Counted from the stretch's first letter, positions 1 to 9,029 are shown. The stretch is 12,719 nt of DNA from Bdellovibrionia bacterium (GCA_045805065.1 JBJMMA010000062.1:1-12719), one strand, 5' to 3'. Made by a program: numbers and translations. Notes: a model not told the origin generated them from the sequence alone.

Positions 1-1
1 C

Positions 2-106
2 TGGAAAGGAAGGGTACTCCACGGGCAGGATCGCGCGGTTCTGAAAGAACTTTCTCGCGGCGACGTCATGAAACGAAGCGCGAACGCCCTGAATCGCTAC
101 TTTTAG
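2..106 (+). CDS. 3' end of an unidentified CDS entering from the left edge (…WKGRVLHGQDRAVLKELSRGDVMKRSANALNRYF*)
   Basis: Frame 2 is open from the window start to TAG at 104-106 and converges on aroC. It is too short to assign a function. Confidence 0.5.
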   Translation, partial: WKGRVLHGQDRAVLKELSRGDVMKRSANALNRYF

Positions 107-144
107 CGGAGTGGATAAAGGAGTAGATGACGAATCAGTCCCTT

Positions 145-1233
145 TCACGTCATCTCCACTTTTGCAGATCGATTACGAAGCAGGTGATCGGCCAGAATGA
201 TTGCTGCCATCGACTCGACGATGGGGACAGCTCTTGGGACAACGCAAGGATCATGACGACCGCGGCCTTCGACCGTGACTTCTTTTCCCTCTTTGTCGAC
301 TGAGCTTTGGGGGCGCATGAGGGTTGCGACAGGCTTGAAAGCAACGCGAAACTCAATTGGCATTCCATTGCTGATTCCGCCCTGAATTCCACCCGAATGA
401 TTAGTGAGTGTCTTGACGCTGCCGCCTTCGTTGATGAACGTGTCGTTATGTTGCGAGCCGCGGAGTTCGACTCCGGAAAAGCCAGAGCCATATTCAAAAC
501 CTTTTACGGCATTGATGCTCAGCATAGCTTTGCCCAGATCCGCATGAAGCCGGTCAAAAACAGGCTCTCCAAGACCTACGGGAGTGCCTTGAATCACGCA
601 GCTGATGACGCCACCGATGGTATCGCCATCTTTTCTCACTTTCTCGATCAGAGAGATCATCTGTGCGGCAGTCTCTGGATCAGGACAGCGAATCATATTG
701 GATTCGGCCTCAGTGAGATCGAGCTCATCTGACTTTTTATTGAGTCGAATCGATCCCACCTGAGAGACATAAGCTGAAATCTCAATTCCAAACCCTTTGA
801 GCAAAAGCCTTGCGATCGCACCTGCTATGACTCGAGTCGCCGTTTCTCGCGCAGAAGAGCGGCCACCCCCTCGATAGTCGCGGTGACCGTACTTTTTGTC
901 ATAGGTGAAGTCCGCATGGGAAGGGCGATACTGATCAGCGATATGGGAGTAGTCCTTGGAGCGCTGATCTTCATTTGCAATCAGTGCCGCAATCGGTGCG
1001 CCTGTGGTCTTTCCTTCAAAAATCCCTGACACAAAGCGGACTTTGTCGGATTCCTTGCGTTGGGTTGTGATCTTGGATTGGCCTGGCTTTCTACGATCCA
1101 GTTGAAGCTGAACAAATTCTTCATCGATAGCAAGGCCCGCAGGGCAGCCGTCAATGACAACACCGATCATCTCGCCGTGGGATTCGCCAAAAGTAGTGAC
1201 GCGAAAAAGCTGTCCGATGCTATTACCTGCCAT
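145..1233 (-). CDS. aroC: Chorismate synthase
   Basis: 362 aa with signature motifs [40 protein letters not shown] and GRHDPCV. Confidence 0.98.
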   Translation of the reverse strand: MAGNSIGQLFRVTTFGESHGEMIGVVIDGCPAGLAIDEEFVQLQLDRRKPGQSKITTQRKESDKVRFVSGIFEGKTTGAPIAALIANEDQRSKDYSHIADQYRPSHADFTYDKKYGHRDYRGGGRSSARETATRVIAGAIARLLLKGFGIEISAYVSQVGSIRLNKKSDELDLTEAESNMIRCPDPETAAQMISLIEKVRKDGDTIGGVISCVIQGTPVGLGEPVFDRLHADLGKAMLSINAVKGFEYGSGFSGVELRGSQHNDTFINEGGSVKTLTNHSGGIQGGISNGMPIEFRVAFKPVATLMRPQSSVDKEGKEVTVEGRGRHDPCVVPRAVPIVESMAAIILADHLLRNRSAKVEMT

Positions 1234-1236
1234 AGC

Positions 1237-1698
1237 TTACCTCTTGCCTCGCGATTGAAGATGATTTTTGAACTCATCAATTGCGGCCGTATAGGAGTTG
1301 AATCCGAGCCCTGAGATCTGCTTCAGGCAGACCGGGGCAATTACGGATGTCTTTCGGAACTCTTCGCGCTTATGGATATCGCTGAGATGCACTTCAATGG
1401 TTGGAACCTGGATGGCGGCCACGGCATCACGAAGGGCGTAAGAGTAGTGAGTATAGGCGCCAGGGTTGAAGACAACCGCGTCGGCCCATCTTCGGTTCTT
1501 ATGAAGGAGATCAATCAGATCACCTTCGCTATTGGATTGGTGAGCGCGCATTTCAAAGCCCTGGCTTTTGGCGTAGGCCTTCAGCTTCTTCACAAGCTCA
1601 GGAAGAGTCATGGAGCCATAGACCTCAGGCTCGCGCTCGCCCAATAAATTGAGGTTTGGGCCATTCAGAACTAGAAGTTTTGTCAGTTTCTTGCTCAT
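1237..1698 (-). CDS. aroQ: Type II 3-dehydroquinate dehydratase
   Basis: 153 aa with LNGPNLNLLGEREPEVYG, QSNSEG, NPGAYTHYS and EVHLSDIHKREEFR. The start overlaps the aroB stop (ATGA). Confidence 0.97.
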   Translation of the reverse strand: MSKKLTKLLVLNGPNLNLLGEREPEVYGSMTLPELVKKLKAYAKSQGFEMRAHQSNSEGDLIDLLHKNRRWADAVVFNPGAYTHYSYALRDAVAAIQVPTIEVHLSDIHKREEFRKTSVIAPVCLKQISGLGFNSYTAAIDEFKNHLQSRGKR

Positions 1699-2816
1699 GC
1701 GCTTCCTTTCTGAAGGAGCTCAAAAGCACGAGCAATATCATCGGGAGTGACACCCGAGTCCGATACGGTTTTTCCTACGTCCTTGAGCAAGACAAAGTGA
1801 ATCTTTCCGCCGCGAACCTTTTTGTCTTTTGTCATGAGCTCAAAAAACTCATTTGGGCCAAATGTCTGCGGAAGGGCAGGGACATCAAGGCGAGCCAGCA
1901 ATGAATCCAGGCGTTCACGTTTTTTAGAGCTCAGTTTCTTGCGCACTTGAGAGAGGGCCAGGGCAAAGCGCATTCCCCAGATGACAGCTTCGCCGTGCTG
2001 GTAAGTCTCATAACGGGTCAGCGATTCGAGCGCATGGCCAAAGGTATGGCCAAAGTTCAATGCTTCACGAATGCCTTTCAAATCGAGCTCATCGCGTGCC
2101 ACCACCTTGGCTTTCCATTGGACGGACTTCTGGATCGCGCGAGTCATCATCGCAGAATCTTGAGCTAGAAGGAGGTCCAAGTTCTTGTCGAGTTCAGTTA
2201 AAAGTTTTGCATCATAAATGATGGCGTATTTTGCCACTTCTCCAAGCCCGGAGATGATTTCGCGGCGACTCAGAGTCGTTAGGAAATCCGTGTCGCAAAC
2301 CACGAGAGAGGGTTGATGAAAGGTTCCGATCAGGTTTTTTCCGGCAGCATGATTGACTGCGGTCTTTCCGCCAATTGAGCTATCGACTTGTGCCAGGAGA
2401 GTCGTGGGAACACCGACCCACGCGATTCCGCGAAGGTAAGTGGACGCAAGAAATCCCGCGGCGTCGCCCACGGATCCGCCGCCCAGTGCGAAAAGGACGG
2501 AGTCGCGGTTTGCCTTGAGTTTCAACAGCTCGCCATAAAGTGGATAGAGGTTCTTGAAGTCCTTGAGTGATTCGCCAGCCTGGACCGGGATCTCATAAGT
2601 TTCCCAGCCAGCGCTCTTCAGGCTATTCATCAGTGTTGTGCGCGCAGCGGAGAGTCGCTCATCTGCAACGATGAAGGCGCGCTTGGAAGGTGCTTTCTTC
2701 AGAAGCTTTCCGATGGATGCCGTGATCCCGGATCCAACGCAGATATCGTAGGAGCGCTTACCGAGGGAGAGGCGAACAAGAGAGGATTTCGACTTTGAGT
2801 TTGTCTTTTTTTTCAC
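1695..2816 (-). CDS. aroB: 3-dehydroquinate synthase
   Basis: 373 aa with ALGGGSVGD, PTTLLAQVDSSIGGKTAVN, KNLIGTFHQP, LNFGHTFGHALE, HGEAV and DKK. The GTG start overlaps the upstream stop (GTGA). Confidence 0.97.
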   Translation of the reverse strand: MKKKTNSKSKSSLVRLSLGKRSYDICVGSGITASIGKLLKKAPSKRAFIVADERLSAARTTLMNSLKSAGWETYEIPVQAGESLKDFKNLYPLYGELLKLKANRDSVLFALGGGSVGDAAGFLASTYLRGIAWVGVPTTLLAQVDSSIGGKTAVNHAAGKNLIGTFHQPSLVVCDTDFLTTLSRREIISGLGEVAKYAIIYDAKLLTELDKNLDLLLAQDSAMMTRAIQKSVQWKAKVVARDELDLKGIREALNFGHTFGHALESLTRYETYQHGEAVIWGMRFALALSQVRKKLSSKKRERLDSLLARLDVPALPQTFGPNEFFELMTKDKKVRGGKIHFVLLKDVGKTVSDSGVTPDDIARAFELLQKGSA

Positions 2817-4189
2817 AGGAGCTTTTCCCTGATTTCTTGGGCGGCTTGTTCAGGAGTTTTGGATGTCGTGTCGACCCTGAACGCAGCTAGATTATAGACT
2901 GGCTCACGTTCCTTGAGAAGAGACTCGATCTTGCGGCGTCTTTCTTCTTCACTGAGTTGAGCAAGGAGCGGACGGTCGTCTGATGTGCTTTTCAATCGAT
3001 GATAAAGAGTTTCAGGATCGGCACTGAGAAGAACCAACCGACCGGTTTTGACCAGAAGATCGCGTGTTTTGGGATGGATAAGGGAGCCTCCGCCCAACGA
3101 GATGACTGTCCGGGGCTGGAAGGCGTGCTTTTGAATGACGCTGTTTTCAATGTCCCGAAAGTAAGCTTCCCCTTTCAGGCGAAAGATCTCAGGGATCGAG
3201 AGGCCTGCTTCTCGAACGATTTCCTGATCCGTTTCGACGAAAGCCCAGCCGAGTTCCCGGGCCAGAAGGGGCCCGATGGTTGATTTACCCGCGCCCATAA
3301 AGCCAGTTAAAAAGATCGGGCGATAACGAAGATAGTCGCCAAGCTCGGCCGCTGGCTTTATTCCAAACCAGACTCTCCACGTCTCCAAGGCTTGCTCAAT
3401 CAGCATGTTCAGGCCGCCGATTGGAAGCAGTCCCTGTTTTTTGGACTCCTCAAGAAAGGGGGTCCATTCGGGACGATAGATGAGATCAAAGGCCCAGGCC
3501 TCTGAGTTGAATTTCAAGCCTTGAAGCTGAGAAAAGTAATCGGACGCGGGAATGCCCTCTCGCGTTTTTGGCTGAGAGCTCATGCCGAGCGGAGTGGATT
3601 GAGCGATCAGGGACCAGGCTTCGCTCTTCTTCTCAGGCTTAAGATCGCTCCAGTCTTTGCAGGACTCAAACCGGGTGTTTTTGAAGTGAGGCTGAATGGC
3701 TGAGATGAGCGCGTGAGCTCGCTCTTGATTGGGAGTGAGAAGAATCACTTGTGCCGCATTTTTCATTCCCAGAGCATAAGCCACGGCGCGCGCGGCCCCG
3801 CCGGCGCCAACAATGATCGCGTTTTTTCCGGCAAGCGAGACGCCATGCTTTTCAAATGTTCTCAAGATGCCGTAGACATCCGTATTGTAGCCTTTGAGGC
3901 CTTTCTGGGTTCTGTGAACAACGTTAACCGCGCCGATGGCTTGAGCTTCGATCGCCGTGTCGTTCAAAAGCGGAATGATTGATTCCTTATGGGGAATCGT
4001 CACGTTGAATCCGACGCCATCTAATTCGCGCCCAAAGCGCTCGACAAACTGAGCGAGCTCCTCCGGCGCGATTTCTTTTGCCGTGTACTCAAGGTCAGTG
4101 ACACCTAAGCGATTTGCCAGGAAACCGAAGATCGACGGAGACAAAGAGTGGGAAATCGGTTTTCCAATGACTGCCGCTTTTCGAGTCAT
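2813..4189 (-). CDS. aroE-aroK: Bifunctional shikimate dehydrogenase (N-terminal, aa ~1-289) / shikimate kinase (C-terminal, aa ~290-458) fusion
   Basis: AroE motifs: GKPISHSLSP, GFNVTIPHK, GAVN, GYNTD, GAGGAA, DLIY and GLNMLIEQA. AroK motifs in the same frame: IFLTGFMGAGKST (Walker A), GEAYFR, SLGGG, RPLL and REPVY. Confidence 0.93.
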   Translation of the reverse strand: MTRKAAVIGKPISHSLSPSIFGFLANRLGVTDLEYTAKEIAPEELAQFVERFGRELDGVGFNVTIPHKESIIPLLNDTAIEAQAIGAVNVVHRTQKGLKGYNTDVYGILRTFEKHGVSLAGKNAIIVGAGGAARAVAYALGMKNAAQVILLTPNQERAHALISAIQPHFKNTRFESCKDWSDLKPEKKSEAWSLIAQSTPLGMSSQPKTREGIPASDYFSQLQGLKFNSEAWAFDLIYRPEWTPFLEESKKQGLLPIGGLNMLIEQALETWRVWFGIKPAAELGDYLRYRPIFLTGFMGAGKSTIGPLLARELGWAFVETDQEIVREAGLSIPEIFRLKGEAYFRDIENSVIQKHAFQPRTVISLGGGSLIHPKTRDLLVKTGRLVLLSADPETLYHRLKSTSDDRPLLAQLSEEERRRKIESLLKEREPVYNLAAFRVDTTSKTPEQAAQEIREKLL

Positions 4190-5496
4190 CCGGTCGTCAG
4201 GTCCTTCAACGTGTCAAAGAAGCCGGGGTAGGAGATCCCAACGCACTCAGGGTGCTGGATTTCCGTCTCACCTTGAGCAATGAGGCCTGCGATGCTGAAG
4301 GCCATCGCGATGCGATGATCATGAAAGCTGTTGATCTGAGCACCACGAAGCGTTTGAGGGCCTTCGATCCGGTAGCCATCAGGGCGCACTTCAATCTGAG
4401 CGCCCATTGCGCGCAAATTCACGGCAACTGCTTCGATGCGATCGGTTTCCTTCACGCGAAGCTCTTCCGCTCCTTCCACTTCTGTGACGCCTTGAGCTTG
4501 CGATGCAAGGACTGCAAGCATCGGGAGCTCGTCAATCAGAGTAGGGACTTCTTCTTTGGAGATCTTGATGCCGCGAAGTTTGCCCGCACCCATGCCCGTG
4601 ACGCGAATCGTTCCGATAGGCTCAGGATTCTCAGAGGTCATTTGCGTTTGAACATTGGCGCCCATTCTTTCAAGCGCGCGCAAAAAACCAATGCGGGTCG
4701 GGTTGAGGACGATGTTATGAAGCTCCACTTCAGCGCCTGGGATCAGACTTGCTGCAGCCATCCAGAATGCGGCCGTGGAAGGATCTCCCGGAACCTGAAC
4801 CGTGGCCGCCTTCATCTTTTGCCCGCCCACGATGGAGACAGAGTCCGGGCGGACGTCCATTTTCACACCGAAATGCTTTAAAAGCCTTTCCGTATGATCG
4901 CGGCTATGGATCTCGCCTGTAATCGTGGTGGTACCATTTGCCAGAAGACCAGCCAGGGTGATGGCCGTTTTGATCTGTGCGCTTGCAACCTTGAGCTCGT
5001 AGGTAACGCCTTGAAGCTGAGTCCCTTTGACGGTGAGGGGAGCATAATCCTCGTTTGTGAGCGCGAATTGCGCGCCCATCTTGCGAAGTGGATCAGCAAC
5101 GCGCTTCATAGGACGGCGAACCAGAGAGTCATCGCCAGTCATGCGGGTTTCAAAACTTTGTCCGGAGAGAACTCCCATCAGAAGGCGAATCGTCGTGCCC
5201 GAGTTTCCGCAGTCCAGGGTTTCACGTGATGCTTTGAAGCCATAAAGGCCCACTCCATCGACATAAGTGCGATTTCCGCTTTTGGTGATTTTCACGCCCA
5301 GCTGCTGCAGACAGCGCGCCGTGGATTGGACGTCTCCGCTTTCAAGAATATCGATCACCTCGGTTCGACCTTCTGCAAGTGCTCCGAAGATCAATCCGCG
5401 ATGAGAGATGGATTTGTCTCCCGGAATCAGCGGACGGCCTTTGAACTTTTGAGTGGGGCGAATTTTAACGGAGGGGGTGCTCATAGTGAGATCCAT
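4186..5496 (-). CDS. aroA: 3-phosphoshikimate 1-carboxyvinyltransferase (EPSP synthase), class II-type
   Basis: Motifs PGDKSISHR, LDCGNSGTT, RRPM, SAQIK, RDHTE, NPTR, IDELP, ELRVKETDRI and DHRIAM. The true start may be the second ATG at 5484, which has GGA about 7 nt upstream. Confidence 0.97.
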   Translation of the reverse strand: MDLTMSTPSVKIRPTQKFKGRPLIPGDKSISHRGLIFGALAEGRTEVIDILESGDVQSTARCLQQLGVKITKSGNRTYVDGVGLYGFKASRETLDCGNSGTTIRLLMGVLSGQSFETRMTGDDSLVRRPMKRVADPLRKMGAQFALTNEDYAPLTVKGTQLQGVTYELKVASAQIKTAITLAGLLANGTTTITGEIHSRDHTERLLKHFGVKMDVRPDSVSIVGGQKMKAATVQVPGDPSTAAFWMAAASLIPGAEVELHNIVLNPTRIGFLRALERMGANVQTQMTSENPEPIGTIRVTGMGAGKLRGIKISKEEVPTLIDELPMLAVLASQAQGVTEVEGAEELRVKETDRIEAVAVNLRAMGAQIEVRPDGYRIEGPQTLRGAQINSFHDHRIAMAFSIAGLIAQGETEIQHPECVGISYPGFFDTLKDLTTG

Positions 5497-5607
5497 GTTA
5501 TGAGAACCGACTCGACATCGCCAATGCGATTTATTCCACGATCTCTAAAAATGTTCAGAGAACAGGCGTCAACAAATTGCCAGATAAGTGGGCTTCCATC
5601 GCTTAAG

Positions 5608-5636
5608 TTGCTTACCTTGTTCTGCTGCCTTAATCT
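5608..5636 (+). promoter_or_regulatory. Putative sigma70 promoter for the glutamate-synthase-family gene (TTGCTT-N17-TAATCT), with the -10 box 6 nt before the ATG
   Basis: TTGCTT at 5608-5613, a 17-nt spacer, TAATCT at 5631-5636 and ATG at 5643. Confidence 0.4.
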
Positions 5637-5642
5637 GGAGAG

Positions 5643-7220
5643 ATGCGCACTTTGTTTTTCGCGATTTCGGCTGTCCTCTTTGCTGCTGATGGAATGCTGG
5701 CCTATTTCTGGTCGCCCGCCATTTGGGGGCTGGCCGCACTCGTACCACTTTTTATTCTAGGATTGTGTGACATCCTGCAAAAGAAGCATTCGATCCGAAG
5801 AAACTTTCCGGTCATTGGCCATGGCAGGTATCTTCTTGAGCACATCCGGCCGGAGATCAATCAATACTTCGTCGAGTCCAACTGGGACGGGATGCCTTTC
5901 AATCGCTCCAAGCGATCCGTCGTTTACCAACGCGCGAAGGGCGTGACGGACACGGTACCTTTTGGAACTCAAACGGATGTCTACGAGACAGGTTATGAGT
6001 GGATCAATCATTCACTTGTTCCGAAACCGGTTCTCAAAGAAGAGCCTCGGGTAAGGATTGGCGGTAAAGATTGTCGTCAGCCTTATTTTGCATCGGTGTT
6101 CAACGTTTCTGCCATGAGCTATGGGTCGCTCAGTAGTAATGCGGTTCGTGCTTTGAACAGAGGCGCAAAACTGGGCGGCTTTTATCATAATACGGGCGAG
6201 GGGGGCTTAAGCCCTTATCATTTGGAGGATGGCGGAGACATCGTCTGGCAAATCGGTACGGGATACTTTGGATGCCGCGATGCTCACGGAAATTTTGACG
6301 AAGAGAATTTCAGAAAGCGCGCCACGCTTCCTCAAGTAAAAATGATCGAGCTCAAGCTTTCTCAGGGCGCAAAACCCGGGCACGGTGGCATTCTGCCTGC
6401 TGCAAAAGTCACTGAGGAGATTGCCGAGATTCGTGGTGTGGCGCAAGGCAAGGACGTGCTGTCTCCCCCGGCCCACAGTGCTTTCTCAACGCCGCGAGGA
6501 TTGTTGGAGTTTCTCGCCCGACTCAGAGAGCTTTCCGGAGGAAAGCCTGTGGGCTTCAAGCTCTGCCTTGGAAAGCATCGCGAGTTCCTGGGAATCTGCA
6601 AGGCCATGCTTCAAACGGGGATTCTTCCTGACTTCATCACAGTCGATGGGGGTGAAGGAGGAACAGGAGCGGCTCCGATGGAGTTCGCGGACTCGATCGG
6701 CACGCCTTTGAATGACGGACTCATCTTCATCCACAACTCGCTTGTCGGTATTGGGGTGCGCGATCAGATCAAAATCATCTGCTCCGGCAAGATCACAACG
6801 GGCTTTGCAATCGCCTCAAAGCTTGCTTTAGGCGCGGACCTTTGCAATTCGGCCCGTGGAATGATGTTTGCGATCGGCTGTATTCAGGCTCTGCGTTGCA
6901 ACAATAACACTTGCCCGACAGGCGTTGCGACTCAGGATCCTGATCTTGTCAAAGGACTGGACGTGGGTGACAAATCCGTCCGAGTAAAAAACTTTCACCA
7001 TGCAACCGTTCACAGCTTTTTTGAGGTCATCGCTGCTGCTGGACTATCGCACCCAAGCGAGCTCAGGCCCTGGCACATTCAGCGGCGAGTGAGCGCATGG
7101 GAAGTAAAGCATTATGGAGAGATGTATCCCTATATCGAAGCGGAAGCACTGCTGAGAACAGAGGTGCCTCAGACTTATGCACGGCCCTGGGCTGCTGCAA
7201 ACGCTGAAAGCTTTTCTTAA
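5643..7220 (+). CDS. FMN-binding glutamate synthase family protein (stand-alone synthase/FMN domain, YerD-like) with an N-terminal membrane anchor
   Basis: 525 aa with a hydrophobic N-terminus (aa 1-45), SAMSYGSLS, NTGEGG, IELKLSQGAKPGHGGILP, DGGEGGTGAAP and the [3Fe-4S] motif CIQALRCNNNTC (CX5CX4C). It has no glutamine amidotransferase domain. Confidence 0.9.
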   Translation: MRTLFFAISAVLFAADGMLAYFWSPAIWGLAALVPLFILGLCDILQKKHSIRRNFPVIGHGRYLLEHIRPEINQYFVESNWDGMPFNRSKRSVVYQRAKGVTDTVPFGTQTDVYETGYEWINHSLVPKPVLKEEPRVRIGGKDCRQPYFASVFNVSAMSYGSLSSNAVRALNRGAKLGGFYHNTGEGGLSPYHLEDGGDIVWQIGTGYFGCRDAHGNFDEENFRKRATLPQVKMIELKLSQGAKPGHGGILPAAKVTEEIAEIRGVAQGKDVLSPPAHSAFSTPRGLLEFLARLRELSGGKPVGFKLCLGKHREFLGICKAMLQTGILPDFITVDGGEGGTGAAPMEFADSIGTPLNDGLIFIHNSLVGIGVRDQIKIICSGKITTGFAIASKLALGADLCNSARGMMFAIGCIQALRCNNNTCPTGVATQDPDLVKGLDVGDKSVRVKNFHHATVHSFFEVIAAAGLSHPSELRPWHIQRRVSAWEVKHYGEMYPYIEAEALLRTEVPQTYARPWAAANAESFS

Positions 7221-7248
7221 TCAACAACCATTGTTGGCCCCATTGGCA

Positions 7249-8994
7249 TCATTGACCAACCGCTGCGCCTTCGCCTCGAGGATCGGGAACACCCACGATG
7301 CGGTGATCCGGTAGTCTTTCAACCGCGTGAACAACTCCGAGTCTTGGGCTCTCCTCGGTCTTGTAGCCTGACTTTTTCAAGGACTCTCGCACTTCAAACG
7401 GAAATGAGAGTTTTTCAAAAAGCACCGTCTCGGGTTTCCATTGATGGTGAATTCTTGGGGCAGCCACCGCGTCGGTCAACGGCATGCCGTACTCAAGTCG
7501 GTTCAGTAGACTTTGAAAAACAGCCGTGATGATCTTGGGTCCTCCTGCGGCGCCGATGGCAATCCGAACTTCTCCCTTGGAGTCGCGCACGATGGTGGGC
7601 GTCATGGAGCTCAGGGGACGTTTGCCGGGTTGGACAGAATTGGCTTCTGCTCCCACCAAGCCAAAAAGATTGGGAACGCCGGGTTGCGCGCTGAAGTCAT
7701 CCATTTGATTATTCATGACAACTCCGGTTCCGGGCGGAACAAATCCTGAGCCGAAGTTATCATTCACTGTGATGGTCATTGCGACCGCATTGCCCATCGA
7801 ATCAATGACCGAGAGGTGAGTTGTGTGAGAGGGCTCCGTGACGGTTTGACCTGCGCCCGCTGCGATGTGCGCATGATCCGGATTAAAGCTTTTCCAACGT
7901 TCATCCAAGTAATGGGAATCCAGCAGCTGGGCGAGGGGCACTGGATAAAAAGCAGGATCGCCTAAATGTTCGGCACGGTCTGCAAATGCGAGAGACATGG
8001 CGTAGGCTTCAGCGTTCAGGCTTTGAGCGGCACCCGGTCCGTTTTGCAGGAGGCGGTGATCGCGAGCTCGGTCCATGAACGCTAGCATCTGAAGCAGGGC
8101 AACTCCTCCCGAAGAAGGAGGTGGCATGGTCACAATCTCAAAGCCATGAAATTGACCTTTGAGCGGGGCGCGGGTTTCGGATTGATAATCCTTTAAGTCA
8201 GCAATTTGTAAGATACCGCCTGCGTTTTGAACTCCCGAGGCGATCTTTTCAGCGACCCATCCCGTATAGAAGCCTTGAGTTCCTTTTTTGGAGATTTCCC
8301 TCAAAGTCTTTGCAAGATCCTGTTGCTTAAGAAGAGATCCCACTTCGCAGGGATGGTCGAGGTGACCGCACCCAAAGATTCTCCTGGCCTCAGCATTCAT
8401 GATCCCCCAGCGCTCCAAGGCGGCGCGCTCTGTGTGAGTGCTGACGCGAACTCCGCGCTCTGCCATCTGAATGGGACGAATCAGAAGACTTGCACGTGAC
8501 TTGCTGCCAAAGCGCTCAAGCGCCTGAAGCCAGCCTGCGACGTTTCCGGGCACGCCCGAGGCCAGAGCACCGTTTCGGGATAAATTGGTGTCGGCTTTTC
8601 CATTTCTAAGATACATATCCCGCTTTGCGGCGCCGGGTGCTTTCTCTCTAAAATCCAAGGCCTTGCACTCTTTGGAAGCCGGGCAAAAGATCATGAATCC
8701 GCCCCCACCGATTGAGGCAAAGTGCGGTCGTGTGACGGACATGGCAAATGCGGTGGCGATGGCAGCGTCGACGGCGTTTCCGCCTTTGCGCAAAACTTCC
8801 GCCCCCCAGGAGGCTGCTTCCCGATCGTCGGCTGCAATCATGCCCTGGTTCTGAGTGCCACCCACGGGCATGCGGATGCTCTCTCCATAAAGGGGATCAG
8901 CGGCGTGACTGATGCGCGGGAAGGTGCCTAGAAGAAGAGAAAGGGAGACAAGAAGAGATAAAGATGCGTAAGTGGGTGGGAGGCGACGGTGCAT
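7249..8994 (-). CDS. ggt: Gamma-glutamyltransferase (glutathione hydrolase), exported
   Basis: 581 aa with a signal peptide, GGNAVDAAIA, SIGGGGFM, DFRE, GVPG, PPPSSGG, the autocleavage/nucleophile site HTTHLSVID, NNQMDDFS, PGKRPLSSMTP, GAAGG and DPRGEG. Confidence 0.96.
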   Translation of the reverse strand: MHRRLPPTYASLSLLVSLSLLLGTFPRISHAADPLYGESIRMPVGGTQNQGMIAADDREAASWGAEVLRKGGNAVDAAIATAFAMSVTRPHFASIGGGGFMIFCPASKECKALDFREKAPGAAKRDMYLRNGKADTNLSRNGALASGVPGNVAGWLQALERFGSKSRASLLIRPIQMAERGVRVSTHTERAALERWGIMNAEARRIFGCGHLDHPCEVGSLLKQQDLAKTLREISKKGTQGFYTGWVAEKIASGVQNAGGILQIADLKDYQSETRAPLKGQFHGFEIVTMPPPSSGGVALLQMLAFMDRARDHRLLQNGPGAAQSLNAEAYAMSLAFADRAEHLGDPAFYPVPLAQLLDSHYLDERWKSFNPDHAHIAAGAGQTVTEPSHTTHLSVIDSMGNAVAMTITVNDNFGSGFVPPGTGVVMNNQMDDFSAQPGVPNLFGLVGAEANSVQPGKRPLSSMTPTIVRDSKGEVRIAIGAAGGPKIITAVFQSLLNRLEYGMPLTDAVAAPRIHHQWKPETVLFEKLSFPFEVRESLKKSGYKTEESPRLGVVHAVERLPDHRIVGVPDPRGEGAAVGQ

Positions 8995-9000
8995 GCCGCG

Positions 9001-9029
9001 ATTATTTCACTTGCCGGTTCCATTGACAA
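9001..9029 (-). promoter_or_regulatory. Putative sigma70 promoter for ggt (TTGTCA-N17-AATAAT with an extended TGn), -10 box 6 nt before the ATG
   Basis: The minus strand reads TTGTCA atggaaccggcaagTGa AATAAT cgcggc ATG. There is no Shine-Dalgarno sequence before the ggt ATG. Confidence 0.4.

Noticed and set aside
7222..7236. CAACAA-cca-TTGTTG hairpin between convergent genes as a terminator
   Set aside because: It has an AT-rich 6-bp stem, a 3-nt loop and no U-tract on either strand. That is too weak to call.
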